Virus record (IMG/VR): IMGVR_UViG_3300037511_000504
Span: 1-47,174 of that record
Direction: 5' to 3' (one strand)
Length of the DNA: 47,174 bases
DNA from: a virus
Taxonomy: Duplodnaviria; Caudoviricetes
The position numbers and the translations under genes were made by a program. A model generated the notes under the pieces. The model was not told the origin of the DNA. It saw only the letters and a program-made list of their open reading frames with translations, and did not search any database. Below, piece by piece: positions 36,655 through 45,006 of this stretch. How positions within the stretch are numbered: position 1 is the first letter of the stretch; each line of letters starts with the position of its first letter.

Positions 36655-36839
36655 GACGCCCTCCGTGCGGCCACGGCACCTGCGAGCGACTCGTACCGCG
36701 CGGCGGCCTTCACCTGCCCGAGCGCGTGATCCATCGCGTACTTCACATGCACCAGCCGCTCATCGAGCGGGTTCGGCGTGGTGGTGGGCATCTTGCGCGC
36801 GAGTGCTTCGAGAGCTGCGCTGAATTCCTGCCATGTCAT
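36651..36839 (-). CDS. Hypothetical protein
   Basis: GGAGGTTCCA RBS before ATG 36839. Confidence 0.6.
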   Translation of the reverse strand: MTWQEFSAALEALARKMPTTTPNPLDERLVHVKYAMDHALGQVKAAARYESLAGAVAARRAS

Positions 36840-36977
36840 GAGTGGAACCTCCGTGTGGGCCACTACGGTGCACCAACATGCAGGCGTTCGTCAAGTCGGG
36901 CTTGAAAAGCGACTCCCCGGTGTGGAACTCATTGCGGCGCCAACCAGCAAGCGGGCGCAACGCCCTGGGAGTCGCAT

Positions 36978-37532
36978 ATGAAAGCATGTAGCAAGGCCGT
37001 GTCTGTTTCAATCCGGGGTTCCTCGTACGCCCTTCTGGCTGCGTTCGCGCTGAGTGTCGCGTGTGGGCCAGGCGCCCAGGGCGAGCCTGGAGTCCAGGGG
37101 CCTCCCGGCGAGCAGGGGCCAGTCGGTCCGCAGGGCCCACAGGGCGAGGCTGGGCCACAAGGCCCTGCTGGGCAGGGGGGTGGCCCCGCCCAGCTCCAGT
37201 CCACCACCGTCTGCTCGGGCATGTACAACCTGGGGAGCACGCCCCAGCTCCGGTTGGTGCTGGAGGCCTACCGCTTCTCGGACGGCATGGTCATCGCCAA
37301 CTGCTCAGAGCGCGAGGGCACGAACACCTCCTACTCCGGCTTTGCCATCTGGCCAGCCGGTTCGCCCGAGTCAGCCACGGCCCTCTGCAACGTCTTCGTC
37401 GACTATGACGATCCCACCTTCGGGCACTGGGAGCTGACCCAGCTGACGGCAACCACCGGCCGCGCCGTCATGCGAGACCCCGGCGGCACGCTCAGCGGCG
37501 AGACGGCACCCCTCACCTGCACGGTGCGCTGA
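36978..37532 (+). CDS. Collagen-repeat lipoprotein
   Basis: Lipobox-like LSVAC, about 12 G-X-Y triplets and a Cys-containing beta domain. Confidence 0.8.
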   Translation: MKACSKAVSVSIRGSSYALLAAFALSVACGPGAQGEPGVQGPPGEQGPVGPQGPQGEAGPQGPAGQGGGPAQLQSTTVCSGMYNLGSTPQLRLVLEAYRFSDGMVIANCSEREGTNTSYSGFAIWPAGSPESATALCNVFVDYDDPTFGHWELTQLTATTGRAVMRDPGGTLSGETAPLTCTVR

Positions 37533-38212
37533 TGCGAGCCACCATCATCCTGACGCTCGCCATCGCGGCGTGCGCGACAGCGCCCGAGCGCTCCGAGCTC
37601 CGGCAGGGCGCGTTCCGCCCCGCCCCTCCCGCGTTCAACCCCACGACGGACGCCCAGCACACGGTGGGCCAGCCCGGCTACCTGCCTGAGCCTCGCGTCA
37701 CTCCGCAACCCCAGCCACACCCCGAGCGTCTCCTCCCGCCCACGAAGGAGCCGGGCATCTGGGCGACGCGCCAGCCGCCAGAGCAACTTCCTGGGTGGCG
37801 CGACCGCGAGCCCACGGTGCTGGGTGTGCGACTCCCATATCCCGTGCTCGAACGCGACTTGCTGGAGAGCGACATGCTCCAAACGCGGCGCTGCGCAGCA
37901 GTCGCAGGCGCCGTTCTTGGGTTCCTGATGACGAAGATCGATGTCTCGGCACTGTCGGTCTCAGAGCGCGCCTGCCTCGCCGCCAGGATGTACTTCTTCT
38001 GCACGGCGAGAGACGGGATGTCCATGAAGCGCGCCGTGCGTCAGGGCGCAACGCCAAGCGAAGAGACCATGCGCGTTCTGGGCGAGACGAAGTTGGCCGC
38101 GCTCAACTTCCTCAAAGCGCGCTGTGCGCCGCCAGCCGAATCCGACGTCGTGAAGAAATGGGCCGAGCAGGCAGAGAACAACTGGCATTTGACCGACTGG
38201 GTGCAGCCATGA
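37532..38212 (+). CDS. Putative lipoprotein
   Basis: MRATIILTLAIAAC lipobox; Pro-rich linker; several Cys. Confidence 0.75.
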   Translation: MRATIILTLAIAACATAPERSELRQGAFRPAPPAFNPTTDAQHTVGQPGYLPEPRVTPQPQPHPERLLPPTKEPGIWATRQPPEQLPGWRDREPTVLGVRLPYPVLERDLLESDMLQTRRCAAVAGAVLGFLMTKIDVSALSVSERACLAARMYFFCTARDGMSMKRAVRQGATPSEETMRVLGETKLAALNFLKARCAPPAESDVVKKWAEQAENNWHLTDWVQP

Positions 38213-38433
38213 CGGACGAAATGGAGAAGTTCAACAGCGGCGGGTTCAACGTGCCCGCTGCGTCGCAGGAAGAAGCGGATGCCCGCGAAGAGGTGGCAAA
38301 GGCCCATGCGCGGCGCGAGATGGAGCAGGCCCTCCGCGACCTCGCGGCCACCCACAAGCCACTGATTCAGGAAGAAATCGAGAAGTCCCACCAGCAGCCC
38401 ACCCCCAGCACCAACGAAGGAGGTTCCAAGTGA
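38209..38433 (+). CDS. Hypothetical protein
   Basis: Coupled to both neighbours. Confidence 0.5.
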   Translation: MTDEMEKFNSGGFNVPAASQEEADAREEVAKAHARREMEQALRDLAATHKPLIQEEIEKSHQQPTPSTNEGGSK

Positions 38434-41045
38434 AGCACCTCATCCTGATGTGCAGTATCCTCGCGGCCTGTGGACCAACCACCGAGGAGAACATGGGCCT
38501 GAACGTCAACTTCGAGGGGGTGTACCGGGGGCCGAACCGGCACAGCCAGGTTCCGCCCGGCGCGGCTGAGCGCGCGGAGAACCTCATCAGCTACAACAAG
38601 GGCGAGGCGGTGGTGACGGAGGGGATGGAACTCCTTCCGGGGACGTACACCACGAGCCCCGAACGCTTCAGCAGCGGCACGCCCTACGACAACTATACGA
38701 TCGAGCGGACGAGCACTGGGGCGCTGTACCGTCGATCGTCGGGCGGGACACTCACGGCCATTACGACGGGGATCTCTCCCCCAAGTGGCGTGTTCAGGGC
38801 TCCATATGCGGAGGCTGGACAAAACCTGTACATCGCTACTAGCGCGGGCGTGAAGGCGATGGACGGCGGAACCTCCACGCCCGCCGCCGTAGGGTTGCCG
38901 TCTCCGTTCGCGCCCTACTACAGCATCCCCGGCGCAGGCAGCAGTGCGTTTCAGCTGGCTCCTGGGGAGAGCGTCGCCTACCGAGCCGAGATTCGCAGGA
39001 AGGACGCCGAGGGCAACGACATCATCAGCGTTCCATCTGGCAGGACTGTGGTCACCAGCACGATCGTAGGCGTGAAGGCAACGGGTACCGTGACGCTTGC
39101 GGGCACCGCCAACAACGTCACTGTGACGATCAACGGGACGGCTGTGGGGCCGATTCCTGGCGCTGGAACAGATACTGCGACCGTGGTCGAGATTGCTCAG
39201 GCCATCAATCTCACGCCCGCACTTCAGGGCGTCGTGACGGTCTACGCCAACGGCGCCGTCCTAGCCATCACTGCGGTGACGCCAGGAACGGCCGGAAACT
39301 CGATCACTCTCACGGCTGCCGCCACGGCGGGCACAGCGACCGCCAGCGGCGCCAACTTGGCCGGTGGCTCTGGCGCCCTGACGGAGGTGCTCACGAAGAA
39401 CTACCTGCCCGCCGGGCTACAGGCTGGAGATGAGTTCAGGCTCTATCGGACTGGCACCGCCGACGACGGAGTGAACCCAGGTGACACCATGTACCTGGTT
39501 CACACGGCCTTCCTCACGTCTTTCGAGGTCTCAGCCAAGTACCATGAGTGGACCGACGATACCGTGGACGAGCTGCGCGGAGAGCCGCTCTACACGAACG
39601 GCACACAGGGCGGCATCCTCCGGCAGAACGAGCGCCCGCCGCTTGCAAAGACGCTAGCGGCGTTCGACGACTATCTCCTGACCGGCAACGTTCAGGGTCC
39701 GCAAAGGTTCACGCTGCGGATGTTGGCGCTCCCGAGCAACGGTGACGTGATCACCATCGCAGGCGACGACTTCACCGCCAGCAACGTCTCAGAGAACCCC
39801 ACAGCCGGCATCTTTTCGGTCTACGGGACTGCGCCTACGGTCTCGCAGAACATCGAGGACGCCTCAAAATCGTTGGTCCTAGCCATCAACCGCAAGACCG
39901 GGAACACGGACACCTACGCCTACTACGTCAGCGGTGAGAACGATCCCCCAGGCATCATCGCCATCGAAGGCCGTGATGTGACGACGGCGGCGTTCACTGT
40001 CGAGGCGAGCGCCAACGGCACGCGCTTCGAGCCGGCGATCGACGATCCTCAGTCCAGCGCGGCCACGGTCGAGCCATCCGGCATCTGGGTGAGCAAGCGC
40101 GGCGAGCACTACGCCTTCCCCCCGCTGCGTTCGGCCAATGCTACCTACCGCTTCCGGGTGGGTACGAGGGAGCGGGACATCCTGGCCATGGTGCCGCTCC
40201 GCGAGGCGGTGATCGTCTTCACCAACGGGGAGGGGGTGTTCAAGGTCCAGCGGGTGGGCAACGAACTCTGGCGCGCGGACCAGATCAACGGCACCACCCA
40301 GCTCCTGGTGCCGGGCTCCGTGGCCGTGGTGGACAACCGCGTTCTCGCGCTCACCACGCGCGGGCTCGTGGCGGTGGACACGGGCGGGGTGGAGGAGATC
40401 GACCTGCCCATCAAGGACGCCATCAAGAGCATCCTCTCGCTCTCCTCCACGGTGCTCACCAGCTACACCTTCGCCGTTGGCGACGACGCGCGCCAGCGCT
40501 ACACGCTCTACCACCCTGCCTCCAACAGCGACACCTACGCCACGCACGCCTGGGTCTACAACGGCACCACTGGCACCTGGACGGAGCGGACGGATCCGGC
40601 CTCAGGCGGCTTCATCGACGACGACACGGGCCTGCTCTACCTCGGGAGCGCCACCAGCAACACACTCACACGCGAGCGCACTGGCACCGCCGCCCAGGTC
40701 TACAAGCGCCCGGACAGCACGGCCATCCCTGTGCGTCTGGAGTGGACCGTCATGGACGAGGGAGACCCGGGGGCCTCGAAGCAGTACACGGAGCTGCGAC
40801 TGCTCACGAAGGAGGCCGTCTCCGGGAACGTCACATTCAACTGCACCAACGACTTGGACGGGACGGAGAGCACCACTGCGGTGGGCACCTCTGAGCCATT
40901 CATCCGAGGCTGGGTGCCTGACGGATGCCAGTGGACTAGCCGGCTCAAGGTGGACATCCAGCGCAACGTGCTCGGTGAGGCCTTCACCATCGTGGGCATG
41001 AAGACGCTGCTGGCGGTCATGGAAGACGGCACCCTCACGCGGTAG
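38430..41045 (+). CDS. Tail nozzle / tail tubular protein B-like (alternative start 38493)
   Basis: ~870-aa beta-rich protein between adaptor and ejection genes; LYTN..Q.G..Q.NERPP motif; WVYN..TGTWT. Confidence 0.7.
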   Translation: MKHLILMCSILAACGPTTEENMGLNVNFEGVYRGPNRHSQVPPGAAERAENLISYNKGEAVVTEGMELLPGTYTTSPERFSSGTPYDNYTIERTSTGALYRRSSGGTLTAITTGISPPSGVFRAPYAEAGQNLYIATSAGVKAMDGGTSTPAAVGLPSPFAPYYSIPGAGSSAFQLAPGESVAYRAEIRRKDAEGNDIISVPSGRTVVTSTIVGVKATGTVTLAGTANNVTVTINGTAVGPIPGAGTDTATVVEIAQAINLTPALQGVVTVYANGAVLAITAVTPGTAGNSITLTAAATAGTATASGANLAGGSGALTEVLTKNYLPAGLQAGDEFRLYRTGTADDGVNPGDTMYLVHTAFLTSFEVSAKYHEWTDDTVDELRGEPLYTNGTQGGILRQNERPPLAKTLAAFDDYLLTGNVQGPQRFTLRMLALPSNGDVITIAGDDFTASNVSENPTAGIFSVYGTAPTVSQNIEDASKSLVLAINRKTGNTDTYAYYVSGENDPPGIIAIEGRDVTTAAFTVEASANGTRFEPAIDDPQSSAATVEPSGIWVSKRGEHYAFPPLRSANATYRFRVGTRERDILAMVPLREAVIVFTNGEGVFKVQRVGNELWRADQINGTTQLLVPGSVAVVDNRVLALTTRGLVAVDTGGVEEIDLPIKDAIKSILSLSSTVLTSYTFAVGDDARQRYTLYHPASNSDTYATHAWVYNGTTGTWTERTDPASGGFIDDDTGLLYLGSATSNTLTRERTGTAAQVYKRPDSTAIPVRLEWTVMDEGDPGASKQYTELRLLTKEAVSGNVTFNCTNDLDGTESTTAVGTSEPFIRGWVPDGCQWTSRLKVDIQRNVLGEAFTIVGMKTLLAVMEDGTLTR

Positions 41046-41131
41046 GCTGTGCCGCCGGGTGGTTGACGGCGCCGGGCTCGGGCGGGGAATCCCTCCCCAC
41101 CGTCTGAGCCCGGCTCTCATGGAGGGAACAC

Positions 41132-41617
41132 ATGGAAGGTCCAAAGCATGAGTCCGTCGAAGCAGCCCAACTGAGATCGCTTCCGCCAGAGGTGCGTGCG
41201 GAATTCGAGGACGCGGCGTATGGCGGCCACCTCACCCCAGCACAGGTGCTCTACCGCAAAAAGGATGGGGAGATCGGCCCGACATTGTTCGGTCACATGG
41301 TCGCCCAGGGGCGCAGTGCGCGGCGTGCGGCCGAGAGAGCGGAGCAGGCGCAGGCAGCCCTCGATGCGAAGATCGGCGCTCGTGACATGGCTGGCGCCTA
41401 CGCCGCGCGACAGGGGTCCGTCAACACCGCAGGTGCGAACGACGCTGGGGCGCTCTACGCGCAGGACAGCGCCACGGGCAAGACGTTCAGCCGGAAGCGT
41501 GTCCTGGACATCATCATGGGCGAGAAGGCCCGCTGGCACCAACGCGGGACCGACCTGGACAAGGGCGCCATGCTCGCCTTCGACGATCTCCTCACCATCT
41601 TCCAGGGCCTGGAGTAG
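41132..41617 (+). CDS. Hypothetical protein
   Basis: GGAGGG SD. Confidence 0.6.
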   Translation: MEGPKHESVEAAQLRSLPPEVRAEFEDAAYGGHLTPAQVLYRKKDGEIGPTLFGHMVAQGRSARRAAERAEQAQAALDAKIGARDMAGAYAARQGSVNTAGANDAGALYAQDSATGKTFSRKRVLDIIMGEKARWHQRGTDLDKGAMLAFDDLLTIFQGLE

Positions 41618-41620
41618 TCC

Positions 41621-42076
41621 ATGAACGACATCATGCACACCATCTTGAAGGAGCGGGCGGCTGGCGGACTTCATAGCGTCCCGAGTTTGAAGTGGCTCCT
41701 GATCATGTCCATCCTGCTCGCCGGGTGCGCCACGAGCTACACGCCCAAGGTGACGGGGCCTCTCCCGTTCGCCTTCACTCCCACCCCAGAGCAGTGCGCC
41801 CAGCTGCTGAAGGAGCGCCGCGCCTACCGGGCCACAGAGAAGACTGCCACCTACGTCTCCACGGCCACGGCGCTCCTGTCTGTGCTCTTCCTTGGGCTGG
41901 TGGACGAGAAGGCCGCCCCCGCCGCGAGCGCTGGAGCCACGCTCCTGGCCTCGGGGGTGTCCGTGTTCGCGGGCTCCCAGGTGGAAGGCCTTGAGGCGGA
42001 GCTGGAGCTGGGCGCATGCCTCAACCGGCCGCTGCCCGCGCTGCCGTCCCTTGCGGAAGGCGTGGCCGAGCAGTAG
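41621..42076 (+). CDS. Putative lipoprotein with two hydrophobic helices (start uncertain)
   Basis: LLAGC lipobox; ALLSVLFLGLV and ATLLASGVSVFA segments. Confidence 0.6.
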   Translation: MNDIMHTILKERAAGGLHSVPSLKWLLIMSILLAGCATSYTPKVTGPLPFAFTPTPEQCAQLLKERRAYRATEKTATYVSTATALLSVLFLGLVDEKAAPAASAGATLLASGVSVFAGSQVEGLEAELELGACLNRPLPALPSLAEGVAEQ

Positions 42077-42085
42077 GGTAGGAGT

Positions 42086-42214
42086 GGGTCACGAGCGGGC
42101 ACCGTCGCGAGGCGGCGCAGAGCGGCGACGAACCCCGGCAGAACACGTCCTTGGGACGGATATCGGGCCGGTGGCAGTGGCGGGGGCTCCACTTCGGTGG
42201 GGCCCTTCGTCTTT
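42086..42214 (+). ncRNA. Candidate stand-alone structured sRNA
   Basis: TTGCGG-17-TAGGGT promoter (42051-42079); GCGA-tetraloop hairpin; internal-loop hairpin; UUCG terminator. Confidence 0.5.
42182..42214 (+). terminator. Intrinsic terminator
   Basis: GGGGGCTCCAC-TTCG-GTGGGGCCCTT followed by CGTCTTT. Confidence 0.7.
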
Positions 42215-42672
42215 CAGGGGTCCGCCACCCCGAGAGGCCGCCCATCTCCACTGGTGGGCTCGCGCGGCAGGGGCTCGGGGCGGAGCGCCCGCCAGTAGCA
42301 CTTCCCATTGTGCGGGAACGCCTTCCCAGCTGGGCACTTCTCTACTGCCAGCCGGATCCAGCACACACCGCCGATGTCCTCCTCACCCACCTCGGGATCG
42401 CACGGGGCCCGTTTTTGGCGTGGATCCGGTGGCGGGAGAACCCCGCGCAACGCGGCCCATGCGAGCGACGCCACGTTGCCCGTATCAGCCGTCCAGCGCT
42501 GCTCCCGTGGCGCCTCTAGTAGCCCGGGCGGCGGCTGGAGCAGCAACAGCGCCAGTCCCGGCGTGAGCACCAAGGCCAGTGCCGCGACGGCGGCCACGGG
42601 GACAATGACGTGCAGCCGACTCACGACGATGGACACGGCCAGGGGCCGCATGGGGGGTGGGGACTTGGGCAT
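42214..42672 (-). CDS. TM plus Cys-rich domain resembling the C-terminus of myxobacterial Ser/Thr kinases, no kinase domain
   Basis: P.P.P.QKRAPC....EEDIGGVCW......C.......GKCY...PTS. Confidence 0.65.
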   Translation of the reverse strand: MPKSPPPMRPLAVSIVVSRLHVIVPVAAVAALALVLTPGLALLLLQPPPGLLEAPREQRWTADTGNVASLAWAALRGVLPPPDPRQKRAPCDPEVGEEDIGGVCWIRLAVEKCPAGKAFPHNGKCYWRALRPEPLPREPTSGDGRPLGVADP

Positions 42673-42728
42673 GATGCAGAGTCTCACCCTACCCGCACCG
42701 CCGTCCAGCTGCGTGCTACCATGCCACC

Positions 42729-43139
42729 ATGGCTGAGATACCGCGCCCGCCGGACATGACGAAGGCCGACTTGGCCGATCTCCAGCGGTACCACAAGAAG
42801 CTGGGGGACTACTTGAGTCAGCTCACCGATTCTCTGGGCGGCATCTCTTTCAAGGACAACCTCGGGGCCCTCATGACGGAACCTACCGCGGTGGAGGTGA
42901 GCAGCTACGGGGACTTTGGGACGAGCGGACTCGATGTGCCGTGCGACTTCGAGCCGGCGCTTGTGCTCTTCAAGGCCGCGAGGTTGGACACCAACGGGAA
43001 GCCGACCGGTGAGGTGAACAACGGCTGCGTGGCGTGGCGCACCGGGACCCGAACGGGAATTGATGGATTCATCGCCATATCCGGGTCCTACTTGACGGCT
43101 GCGCGGTACAGCGTGACGATCATTGCCTTCCGGGGGTAG
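42729..43139 (+). CDS. Putative small tail protein
   Basis: Position before the ejection genes; N-terminal helix plus beta body; ISFKDNL. Confidence 0.55.
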   Translation: MAEIPRPPDMTKADLADLQRYHKKLGDYLSQLTDSLGGISFKDNLGALMTEPTAVEVSSYGDFGTSGLDVPCDFEPALVLFKAARLDTNGKPTGEVNNGCVAWRTGTRTGIDGFIAISGSYLTAARYSVTIIAFRG

Positions 43140-43235
43140 ACTGTCATCGCTGGTTCGTCCCGACAGAACGGAGAGCAGAATGAGTACAGTCTGTCCGGAG
43201 GTGACCGCCAGTCAGCAGTGCTGTAGGCTGGCGCC

Positions 43236-44054
43236 ATGCCCTACCAGACGATCAGCCAGCGTCCAGCCCAGCAGCGCCCCCAGGGCCAGTCGTCGCCCGG
43301 CTACGTGGGCTACTCGCGCATCCTGGATGCCAACCGCCCGGGGGCCAAGCGCATGGCCGACCAGCTTGCGGGCAACGTCCAGCAGCAGGGCCAGCAGGCG
43401 CAGGGCGCCATCCAGCAGGCGGGGCAGCAGTTCTCCAACAAGGTGAAGGGCGGCACCCTCTCCTACCAGCCCAGTTACAACGTCACCCGGGGCGCAGCCG
43501 CTGCTGGCGGTGGTGGGTACGCCCAAGCTGGCGCCGCACTCGGCATGCAGGCCAACGCCACCCGGAAGGAGTACCAGGGGCCCAAGGACTGGGAGGGCGC
43601 TGGCATCAACACCGTCCAGCTGGCCCAGCAAGCGTCCAGGGCTGGGGATGCGGCCCAGGGCCTCACCTCTATGGGGGGCAGGGCCGCCCAGCTGCGCGCG
43701 CATGCCCAGGGGGCCTACGGCGCGGGCATGTCCGCCCTGGACGCCGCCCTGGCTGGCTCTGGGCTTGGCACCAGGGGACAGGATCTTGCGGCCATGTACG
43801 GCAACCTGAGCCAGCAACTCATCGACAGGCGCACTGCGAGCGAGGGCCAGGTGAGGGGCGCCATCTCCGCGAGCGACCAAGCGGCCAAGGACTACCAGTC
43901 CGAGGCGGACATGTGGAGCCGCCTCGCCCAGCCTCCGCCAGCAGGGCCGGCCGCACCGCCACCGGCCGCCCCGGAGCACCCTCTCGTGCGCAGCGCGCGG
44001 GAAGTCGAGGAAGAAAAGCGTCAGCGCATCGCGCGAATGCGCGGGGGAGGGTAG
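43236..44054 (+). CDS. Putative ejection/internal virion protein
   Basis: Gln/Ala/Gly-rich helical protein after the tail genes. Confidence 0.6.
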   Translation: MPYQTISQRPAQQRPQGQSSPGYVGYSRILDANRPGAKRMADQLAGNVQQQGQQAQGAIQQAGQQFSNKVKGGTLSYQPSYNVTRGAAAAGGGGYAQAGAALGMQANATRKEYQGPKDWEGAGINTVQLAQQASRAGDAAQGLTSMGGRAAQLRAHAQGAYGAGMSALDAALAGSGLGTRGQDLAAMYGNLSQQLIDRRTASEGQVRGAISASDQAAKDYQSEADMWSRLAQPPPAGPAAPPPAAPEHPLVRSAREVEEEKRQRIARMRGGG

Positions 44055-44057
44055 GAC

Positions 44058-45005
44058 ATGCTGCCAGTCATCATCGCGAGCCTCATTGGCCGAATGGCCT
44101 CGTCCGAGTACTCGGACGAGGAGAAGGAACAGATGCGCCTCGCCCTGGAAGAATACGCCGCTCTCGCTCCGCCTGAGCAGCGGGATCTCATAGCCCGCGA
44201 AGTGGCCCGCTCGCAGATGGGCAGCGTCCAGCGCAACCCCTACCTGGAGGGCGTGCAGGACGAGGTGCTGGGCCGCCAGCTCGAGGTTGCCCGCACTGGC
44301 GAGAGCGCCAGAGGCGCGGCGGACTACGAGCAGGCCGCCATGGACAGTGCGCAGCTGGAGCGCTCTCAGCGAGAGGGCGCGCTCTCCCGAGCGGATGCTC
44401 TAGGGCTGGGGCCGGAGGCCGCCTTCTCGGATGCCATGCTGGCTGGGCAGGGTGGGGCTGATCGCGAGCGGATGGCCGGGCTCCAGCGCGCGGCCTACAA
44501 CGAGGAGAACCGCATGGGTGCCCTAGGGGCGGCCGGGGCCACCGCAGCCAACCGCAGCGCCACCCAGTGGCAGCAGGATGCCGAGGTGGCCCAGGCCCAG
44601 GATGAGCTCAACCGCTTCAACGCTGGGCAGTTCAACAACATGCAGCAGTTCAACGAGGGCAACCGCTACCGCAACTTCAACGCCCAGCTGGACTTGGCCA
44701 ACGCCCGCGCCGGTGCCCGCTACGCCAACGCCGACTTCAACGGCCGCAGGGCTCAGGGACTCCGTGACGACTGGATGAACCTCGGCCGGTCCGGCGAGAA
44801 TACGCTCGGCATGGCCATGGGCGCCGCAGGTGGTCCGCCCGGCGGCTTCGGCGGAAGCCCGCCCGTCATGTCCTCGGGCGCCATGCCCCAGCGGCAGGCC
44901 TACAACACCGCCCCGCAGGCGTCGCCGTTCTCCGGCGACTCCGCCCAGTCCACTGTGGCGGGAGCCCAGCAGGTGTACGACCCGAAGAAGAGGAAGGCGC
45001 GCTGA
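44058..45005 (+). CDS. Putative ejection/DNA-transfer protein
   Basis: Q/A/N-rich, FNA/QFN repeats, Gly-rich segment. Confidence 0.65.
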   Translation: MLPVIIASLIGRMASSEYSDEEKEQMRLALEEYAALAPPEQRDLIAREVARSQMGSVQRNPYLEGVQDEVLGRQLEVARTGESARGAADYEQAAMDSAQLERSQREGALSRADALGLGPEAAFSDAMLAGQGGADRERMAGLQRAAYNEENRMGALGAAGATAANRSATQWQQDAEVAQAQDELNRFNAGQFNNMQQFNEGNRYRNFNAQLDLANARAGARYANADFNGRRAQGLRDDWMNLGRSGENTLGMAMGAAGGPPGGFGGSPPVMSSGAMPQRQAYNTAPQASPFSGDSAQSTVAGAQQVYDPKKRKAR

Positions 45006-45006
45006 C

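Noticed and set aside
42086-42130. c-di-GMP-I riboswitch resemblance (GGGCA..CC..GNRA..GG..CGCA.AGC)
   Set aside because: Conserved internal-loop residues and the tetraloop receptor are missing, and no downstream same-strand gene is positioned to be regulated.
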